A DNA stretch of 13,027 nucleotides from Nitrososphaeria archaeon. Lineage in GTDB: Archaea; Thermoproteota; Nitrososphaeria; JACIWG01. The position numbers and the translations under genes were made by a program. Every line of letters begins with the position of its first letter. Position 1 is the stretch's first letter. The DNA lies in the NCBI GenBank assembly GCA_050011875.1, contig JBEKIG010000029.1, positions 1 through 13,027 on the forward strand, in the 5' to 3' direction. Positions 7,717 to 13,027 of this stretch are shown here, one piece after another. The notes under the pieces were generated by a model. That model made no database searches. It worked only from the letters and a program-made list of their open reading frames with translations, and was not told where the DNA came from.

Positions 7717-8715
7717 TCACAATGAATCAGGCATGACATAGTGTTTACCAGTGATAGGAATGAAAGATGTCTTTGATAGCTTACTCATAAATGCATTTGT
7801 AAGTAGTTCATGTTCAACTATAAACCTCCAATAATTAGGTACACCCCTATCTTTATCTTTTAGTCTTTCAACCTGCTTGATGAATTCAAAGTCATGTTCC
7901 CTATGAGTAATACCACGAACCCATTGTGCAATATGTTTCTCAAATAACCTCCCACCCCATGGCCTTCTCAGATTAGCTCGTTTAATTTCCTGTTTGTTCT
8001 TTTTTACAAAGTAGTTTGTTAGCATTCTTGAGTCAATATAGGCGAATATGAAAAATTTCTTCAAATCTATGCCATCTATATTGCTTAAAGGTAGTGACAG
8101 CCCTAACCGACTTATTATTTTCCGTTTTAGTAAAAGCTCCATTCTGACAAACTCAGGATTATCAAATGGCTTAGGATAAGTCCTTGTACCTTTAGTGGCT
8201 TTCCTAATATCTGTTGTATAGAATGTGTCCTTGATATTGAATGACTTTTGTTTTTGGTGTCTGAGATACAAGTGTTTGTTGAGGAATTCATTAAAGTCTT
8301 GAAGGTCTCTTGTGTAAAAATCAAAGGATAGCTCAACTTGACTTAATTTGTGAAAGATAGAAAACTTATTGAAATAACCATGAAATAAGTCTAATACCTC
8401 TTTGCTTGGGTCATGAATCTTTATTACTGTTGTAGGTATCAAATTACCTTCAAACCTCATATCATAGAACAATTGAATACAAATATTTTTATCTTGATAC
8501 TCCTTATTCCTTCTAAATTTACCTCTTACATGAAAATTAGTTTTTGAAAGAATGAAACCATTTACATTTAATAGGTCACAAATTGGCGTATGATACCTTA
8601 GGTGAATATCTGAAAGGGTTAGCCAATCTATACTGGTCTTAAGGGTAAAATCAGGAATGTAAGAATCGTCTATATTATTATAGTGAGTTGGGGGATTAAA
8701 TACTTCAAGTGTCAT
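7717..8715 (-). CDS. Rep_trans-like rolling-circle replication initiator or MOBT-like relaxase (divergent)
   Basis: Motifs in the order expected for Rep_trans: SIDWLTLS, LSQVELSFDF (cf. RxDxAxD), TRTYPK (cf. RxYxK catalytic Tyr), FVRMELLLK (cf. WxRxExxL). Basic protein of 332 aa. Confidence 0.6.
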   Translation of the reverse strand: MTLEVFNPPTHYNNIDDSYIPDFTLKTSIDWLTLSDIHLRYHTPICDLLNVNGFILSKTNFHVRGKFRRNKEYQDKNICIQLFYDMRFEGNLIPTTVIKIHDPSKEVLDLFHGYFNKFSIFHKLSQVELSFDFYTRDLQDFNEFLNKHLYLRHQKQKSFNIKDTFYTTDIRKATKGTRTYPKPFDNPEFVRMELLLKRKIISRLGLSLPLSNIDGIDLKKFFIFAYIDSRMLTNYFVKKNKQEIKRANLRRPWGGRLFEKHIAQWVRGITHREHDFEFIKQVERLKDKDRGVPNYWRFIVEHELLTNAFMSKLSKTSFIPITGKHYVMPDSL

Positions 8716-8750
8716 AACGTGTTAAATTTCCATCACATTTGAGATTGAAT

Positions 8751-8829
8751 ACATATTAATGGAAAAAGGCTAACGTGAAAGCTTGACATGGAACGCAAAG
8801 GGACATATTAATGGAAAAAGGCCAACGTG
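8751..8829 (+). repeat. Two 27-bp direct repeats ACATATTAATGGAAAAAGGC(T/C)AACGTG
   Basis: 8751-8777 and 8803-8829, 26/27 identical, 52-bp period, directly upstream of the rep-like ATG. Confidence 0.9.
8783..8811 (+). promoter_or_regulatory. Candidate outward-facing sigma70 promoter directed at glnK
   Basis: TTGACA (8783-8788), 17 nt, TATTAA(T); lies in a 31-bp box 28/31 identical to the reverse complement of 3039-3069. Confidence 0.6.
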
Positions 8830-8877
8830 TACACATATTTTTTTGGTTAGGGAATGGGTGCAAGGATTTTCTTTGTT

Positions 8878-8961
8878 CTATCTGCGGTGAAACTGTCTTG
8901 CGTATACTTCCCCGTTCAGCATAAAGGGGATTGGTTTTGAAGGTGGAAGAACATATGCAAG
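8878..8961 (-). other. Detached 27-codon 3' end of the integrase gene, joined in frame only in the excised circle
   Basis: Joining the two GAGC cores gives ...GAA GGC TCC CTT GCA TAT..., translated ...EGS-LAYVLPPSKPIPFMLNGEVYARQFHRR-TAG (stop at 8880-8878). Confidence 0.75.
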
Positions 8962-8966
8962 GGAGC
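8940..8966. other. Right attachment junction: attP arm (8940-8959) plus GAGC core (8963-8966)
   Basis: The reconstructed attP, arm-AGGGA-GC-CTTCA-arm, is symmetric about the GC dinucleotide, which lies within the shared GAGC. Confidence 0.85.
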
Positions 8967-9019
8967 GGTCAGCCAAATTACCGTTTCTTCTATAGATCCT
9001 CAATAAGAGAGAACCGAAA

Positions 9020-9406
9020 ATGCTAAAAAAGATCGAAGCCATCATTCGGGAAGACAAGCTCAACGATGTCAAGGAAGCCTTGAAGGAAATGGGCATCGTG
9101 GGCCTGAACCTCTTCGAAATTCGCGGCCACGGCCGCCAGGGAGGCATCAGCCTGACGGGCCGTACAGGCAGCTACCGGGTCGATTTGCTGCCCAAGATCC
9201 AGATCAACATCGTCTTGAGCGAACACAACCTGGAAGATACCATTCAGACCATCCTCAGGTCCGCCTATACCGGCATGGCCGGCGACGGCCTGATCTTCGT
9301 CTACCCGGTGGAGGAAGTGATCCGCATCCGCACCCGGGAGCGGGGGCACGACGCGGTGATGTATCCCGGGGACATTGACGAAAGGAAGGAGGTCACCGCC
9401 AAATAG
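9020..9406 (+). CDS. glnK: P-II family nitrogen regulatory protein (GlnK-like), with a C-terminal extension
   Basis: KKIEAIIR, RGHGRQ, T-loop Tyr in GSYRVDLLPK, TG-AGDGLIFV-PVEEVIRIRT; linked to amt. Confidence 0.93.
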   Translation: MLKKIEAIIREDKLNDVKEALKEMGIVGLNLFEIRGHGRQGGISLTGRTGSYRVDLLPKIQINIVLSEHNLEDTIQTILRSAYTGMAGDGLIFVYPVEEVIRIRTRERGHDAVMYPGDIDERKEVTAK

Positions 9407-9585
9407 TTTCCCCCCTTCATTCCGGCCATCCCCCTTCTGGCAGGGTGGTGGGGCGGCCTCCCTAAACTATTGCATTTCTGGTTTTTCCATGACAAAATAA
9501 ATTGATTTCTCGCGGCCAGGGAGGCTATCCTTCCTGGCCTGCATTTCGCTGGGGCGTCTCCCCGGCCTTTTGGGGCAAGAGACCT

Positions 9586-9990
9586 ATGTCAACCGAAGCG
9601 GTGATCTTCGCCTGTCAGCAAGCGGTGCCGGACCCGGAGGCCCTGCTGGTCTCCTTGGGCAAGGGGGGAGACCGGTGGCGGGTGCTTTCGGAGCCTTGCA
9701 GCAGTAAAGTGGAGGCCTTTCAGTTGCTCCGCGCCTTGGGAACTCCGGTGGACCTGGTATGGGTCATCGGCTGCGATAAGACCCTCTGCCGCTACCAGGA
9801 TGGCAGCCGCCGCCTGGAAGGCCGGGTGCAATATTCCCAGGGTTATCTGGAAGAAATCGGGCTGGAGTCGGGGCGGCTGGGCTATTCCCTGGTCACCCCG
9901 GGCGATGCCGCGGCCCTGGCCGGGATCGTCAAGGAAGTTAAGGCCCGTCTGCAGGCCCTGGGGCCAAGCCCCCTCAAGGCCAAGGTTTAG
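9586..9990 (+). CDS. mvhD: MvhD/FlpD-like (hydrogenase delta subunit family) 2Fe-2S protein
   Basis: IFAC...PCSSKV...VWVIGC-x4-CRYQDG...LEEIGLESGRL...LGPSPLK. ATG 9586 preferred over the ORF-track start at 9502. Confidence 0.85.
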   Translation: MSTEAVIFACQQAVPDPEALLVSLGKGGDRWRVLSEPCSSKVEAFQLLRALGTPVDLVWVIGCDKTLCRYQDGSRRLEGRVQYSQGYLEEIGLESGRLGYSLVTPGDAAALAGIVKEVKARLQALGPSPLKAKV

Positions 9991-10039
9991 GACTAATGCT
10001 GTTCATTTAAGGACCAGGAGCCGACGCGCAGTCATTTCC

Positions 10040-10142
10040 TTTGTCATTCTGAGGGAGTCGGGGGCGGCCACAGAATTTCTAAATACGAGATGCTTCGCTT
10101 CGCTCAGCATGACAAAAAAATGTGGGGTGGGCACTGCCCACC
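10040..10142. repeat. Intergenic palindromic repeat plus a REP-like hairpin
   Basis: TTTGTCATTCTGAG (10040-10053) pairs with CTCAGCATGACAAA (10103-10116) at 13/14; GTGG-GGTGGGCA-C-TGCCCACC at 10122-10142. Confidence 0.7.
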
Positions 10143-10211
10143 AATCCCATAGAAAAGAACCGCTTAAGTGAACCTTATTTTATTAAACTGTCTCATTTAG
10201 GAGAACTAGGG

Positions 10212-11645
10212 TTGCCTGCCAAATATCACATCCACATGCGCCGGGTGCCGCCCCGTTTCACCCCTCTGGCCAAAAGCACCGTGATGGACTGGGGCGAGGG
10301 CTGTCTCCGCTGCGCCCGCTGCGTCAAGGAAGACTGTCCGGTGGACGCTTACCGGAAGCGGGGTTTCGACCGGCAGCAGCTGGTGGACACCATCGATCAG
10401 GTCTGCCGCGACTGTTACCGCTGCGTCCAGGGTTGTCCCCGGGGGCTAGTCTTCAAGGCCATGAACCCCCAATACCGGCAGATGGGGGACGACTATTGGA
10501 CCCCGGAGATCATCGCGGTCACCTGGAGCCAGGCGGAAACCGGCAAGATCCCCGTTTCCGGAGCGGGCTATGGCGGGCCCTTTTCCGGGGAGGGCTTCGA
10601 CTCCTGCTGGACCGACATGTCGGAGATCGTCCGGCCCACCCGGGATGGCATCCACGGCCGGGAATATATCAGCACCTCCATCGACCTGGGCCGCAAACCC
10701 ATGTTTCTGGCCTTCAACGAACAACAGGAGATGCTGATCACCCCACCTCGCCTTTTGGAAATCCCTTTACCGGTGGTGCTGGCGGAACCATCCCGGAGCG
10801 CCGACCCGGCGCGGCTGCGTCAGATCATGGTGGCGGCCGCCCAAAACCTGGGCACCCTGGCGCTCTTGCACCGGAAAGACATCGGCGCCGACCTGGCCCC
10901 GGCCGCCTCTCGCCTGGTGCCCATCCTGTCGGCCAGAGAGCCTCTGAAGCAGGATGCGCCGCTGCTCAGCCAGGTGCCCGCGGTGGAGATCCCGGACCAT
11001 CCCGGGGTAATGGCCCAAATGGAGGCCATCAAGAAACGCTTCCCCCAATTGCTCGTCTGGATCAGGGTGCCGGCCGACGGCCAGGCCGCGGCGCGAGTGG
11101 CGGCCTTAGCCGCGGCGGGGGCCGAGGTTTTGCACCTGGCCGGCTCCGACAAGGCCCGGGGCCTCAAGGACGCCGGAACCGCGCACCTGAAGGACCTGGT
11201 GCGCGGCTGCCACCTGAAGCTGGTGGAAGACCGGTTGCGGGACGCCGTCACCTTGCTGGTCAGCGGCGGCATCGCTTTGGCGGAGCACGTGGCTAAGGTT
11301 ATCATCGCCGGCGCCGATGGGGTGATGGCCGACCTCTCCCTGCTCCTGGCCCTGGAATGCCGGCTGTGCCCCGAGTGTCCCGGCGGCGCTGATAAGAAGA
11401 ACCAACAGCCCTGCCCCATCGACCTGGGGAGCCTCAGCGTCCCGCGGGGGGCCCAGCGGATGGTCAACCTCCTGGGCGCCTGGAACAACCAGCTTCTGGA
11501 GGTCCTGGGCGCCATGGGCATGCGGGAGGTGCGCCGTCTGCGAGGGGAAGTGGGCCGGGCCATGTTCAAGGAGGACCTGGATAGAGAAATCTTTGCCCCG
11601 CTCTTCGCCCGGCCGGAGGGTGAAACCAGGAGGGTCGGCGAATAG
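10212..11645 (+). CDS. Ferredoxin-fused glutamate synthase FMN-binding-domain-like protein (degenerate barrel motifs)
   Basis: CLRCARC-x3-CP and CRDCYRC-x3-CP clusters; LLVSGGIALAEHVAKVIIAGADGV, CRLCPEC, EVLGAMGMREVRRLRG. TTG 10212 follows RBS AGGAGA. Confidence 0.85.
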   Translation: MPAKYHIHMRRVPPRFTPLAKSTVMDWGEGCLRCARCVKEDCPVDAYRKRGFDRQQLVDTIDQVCRDCYRCVQGCPRGLVFKAMNPQYRQMGDDYWTPEIIAVTWSQAETGKIPVSGAGYGGPFSGEGFDSCWTDMSEIVRPTRDGIHGREYISTSIDLGRKPMFLAFNEQQEMLITPPRLLEIPLPVVLAEPSRSADPARLRQIMVAAAQNLGTLALLHRKDIGADLAPAASRLVPILSAREPLKQDAPLLSQVPAVEIPDHPGVMAQMEAIKKRFPQLLVWIRVPADGQAAARVAALAAAGAEVLHLAGSDKARGLKDAGTAHLKDLVRGCHLKLVEDRLRDAVTLLVSGGIALAEHVAKVIIAGADGVMADLSLLLALECRLCPECPGGADKKNQQPCPIDLGSLSVPRGAQRMVNLLGAWNNQLLEVLGAMGMREVRRLRGEVGRAMFKEDLDREIFAPLFARPEGETRRVGE

Positions 11646-11657
11646 AAGGAGTTACCC

Positions 11658-11768
11658 GTAGGGCGGCCGTCCCTGGCCGCCTCTAAATGGCGGGCACGGA
11701 GGCCCGCCCCACCGAACCGATAACCGGTTTTCGGCGAAAGGCGAACGCAGGCTAAAACCTGCGGCTAC
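11658..11768. repeat. Cluster of GTAG-type REP-like hairpins
   Basis: GTAG-GGCGGCC-GTCCCT-GGCCGCC (11658-11681), inverted GGCGGGC-ACGGAG-GCCCGCC-CCAC (11689-11712) and CGCAGG-CTAAAA-CCTGCG-G-CTAC (11746-11768). Confidence 0.7.
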
Positions 11769-11855
11769 CACTTAAAAGCAAATGAACGCCAAACCACCCC
11801 GTGGCCGGTTCAAAGTTCAAAGTTAAATCGACTAAAATCAGAAAAAGACTAAAAA

Positions 11856-13027
11856 ATGGCGCAAGCGAAGAAAAAAACGGTTCCCATCATTCCCCTGGAA
11901 TCCTGGAGCGAAGACGGGCCCTGGCAGCCGATTCCCACCCCGTCCCGCTTCCGCACCCCCTTGAGCAAGTACCTGGTGGGGCGTGACGAATCCGCCTGCA
12001 TCAAGTGCGGCGGCTGCGTCGAAGCCTGCCCCTATGGGGTTCACACCAAGTCCGGCGGCTACTTGCGGCGTCCCCGAAATTACCTCTGCCTGGGATTTGC
12101 CTGCCGGGAGAAGGAATTTTTCTGCGTGGCCAAATGCCCGGCCAAGGCCCTGCGGCTCAGCCTCCACCCGGTGTACGGCACCCTGGGGGACCGGCGCTGG
12201 CCTGCGGATTTGCTCCTCAGCACCTGGTGGCAGGCGGAATGGGGCAACCTCCCCTATACCGACCTCGAATATCGCCTGGGAGACTCCGGCGGCGGCTTCG
12301 ATAAACTGCGTTTTCTCTTTCCCAAGCACCATTCGGACTTCAAGCTGACCGAGGACGACATCTCCTTGGAGGTGGAGCTGAACCGGCGGGGAGATGGCCG
12401 GCCCCAGGTGCGGCTGGCAGTGCCCTGGTACGGCGGCGGCATGTCCTTCGGCTCGGTGAGCATCAATACCATTCTGTCCCGGATTCGGGCGGCGATCCGC
12501 TTTAACACCATGGTATCCACCGGCGAGGGCGGCTTTCCCGAAGAACTCTACCCTTATAGTGACAATATCGTCACCCAGGTGGCCACCGGCCTCTTCGGGG
12601 TCCGGGAAGACACCATCCAGCGGGTGCGCATGGTGGAGTTCAAATACGCCCAGGGGGCCAAGCCCGGATTGGGCGGCCATCTGCTGGGGGACAAGGTGAC
12701 CCCCGCGGTGGCCCGCATGCGGGAGTCGGTGACCGGCAGCTCCCTGTTCTCCCCCTTTCCCTTCCACAGCGTCTATTCCGTGGAAGATCACAAGAAACAC
12801 ATCGACTGGATCAAGGAGATCAATCCCCGGGCCCTGGTGTCGGTGAAGGTCTCCACCCCCACCGACGTGGACATGGTGGCGGTGGGGAGCTATTACGCCG
12901 GCGCCCATGTGGTCCAGTTGGACGGCAGCTATGGCGGCACCGGGGCCGCGCCGGATATTGCCAAGAAGAACATCGCCATGCCGGTGGAATATGCCATTCC
13001 CAAGGTGCACCAGTTCCTCAAGGCCGA
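11856..13027 (+). CDS. Ferredoxin-fused glutamate synthase FMN-binding subunit (archaeal-type split GltB domain 2); runs off the window end and is absent from the ORF track
   Basis: Translated by hand from ATG 11856: CIKCGGCVEACP, GGGMSFGS, STGEGG, TQVATGLFGV, EFKYAQGAKPGLGGHL, SPFPFHSVYSVED, VSVK, LDGSYGGTGAAP. Confidence 0.92.
   Translation, partial: MAQAKKKTVPIIPLESWSEDGPWQPIPTPSRFRTPLSKYLVGRDESACIKCGGCVEACPYGVHTKSGGYLRRPRNYLCLGFACREKEFFCVAKCPAKALRLSLHPVYGTLGDRRWPADLLLSTWWQAEWGNLPYTDLEYRLGDSGGGFDKLRFLFPKHHSDFKLTEDDISLEVELNRRGDGRPQVRLAVPWYGGGMSFGSVSINTILSRIRAAIRFNTMVSTGEGGFPEELYPYSDNIVTQVATGLFGVREDTIQRVRMVEFKYAQGAKPGLGGHLLGDKVTPAVARMRESVTGSSLFSPFPFHSVYSVEDHKKHIDWIKEINPRALVSVKVSTPTDVDMVAVGSYYAGAHVVQLDGSYGGTGAAPDIAKKNIAMPVEYAIPKVHQFLKA

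Larger units (their letters stand above)
298..8966. mobile_element. Serine-integrase integrative element (IME or integrated plasmid-like) inserted between amt and glnK
   Basis: Abrupt switch to AT-rich sequence; GAGC duplicated at 298-301 and 8963-8966; inverted 20-bp arms just inside each end; integrase, HTH and Rep-like genes. Removing it restores amt and glnK with a 57-bp spacer. Confidence 0.9.

Noticed and set aside
8751-8829. 27-bp repeat, 25-bp spacer, 27-bp repeat as a mini CRISPR array
   Set aside because: Only two repeats, no cas genes, and the spacer is the promoter box duplicated at 3039-3069.
298-8966. Prophage or self-transmissible ICE
   Set aside because: No capsid, terminase, tail, T4SS or coupling-protein genes between the att junctions.
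8878-9147. 89-aa minus-strand ORF spanning the right junction
   Set aside because: Mostly antisense to glnK. Only its last 27 codons matter, as the detached integrase tail.
11838-13010. 390-aa minus-strand ORF and other alternative-frame ORFs over 10433-12520
   Set aside because: Shadow frames of GC-rich glutamate synthase genes. The real gene is on + from 11856 and runs off the window.

Overview
GC-rich nitrogen-assimilation locus of a probable anaerobe: 3' end of amt, then glnK-like P-II, an MvhD/FlpD-like 2Fe-2S protein and two ferredoxin-fused glutamate-synthase FMN-domain genes. The amt-glnK intergenic region is interrupted by an AT-rich integrative element (302..8966, 8665 bp as a circle). 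Its ends can be read from the sequence: a duplicated GAGC core (298-301 and 8963-8966) and 20-bp inverted attP arms matching at 18/20. The element carries a large serine integrase, an HTH/excisionase-like gene, a second short serine recombinase, a Rep_trans-like initiator, and cargo (PD-(D/E)XK nuclease, orphan RES-domain protein, two secreted proteins). The main finding is that the crossover lies inside the integrase gene. The integrated copy ends at a host-derived TAA (566 aa), whereas the excised circle would add 27 in-frame residues stored at the far end of the element (593 aa). Two near-identical 31-bp promoter-like boxes in inverted orientation bracket the cargo, one facing the recombinase operon and one facing out towards glnK. 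All calls come from reading motifs by eye; no database search was run.
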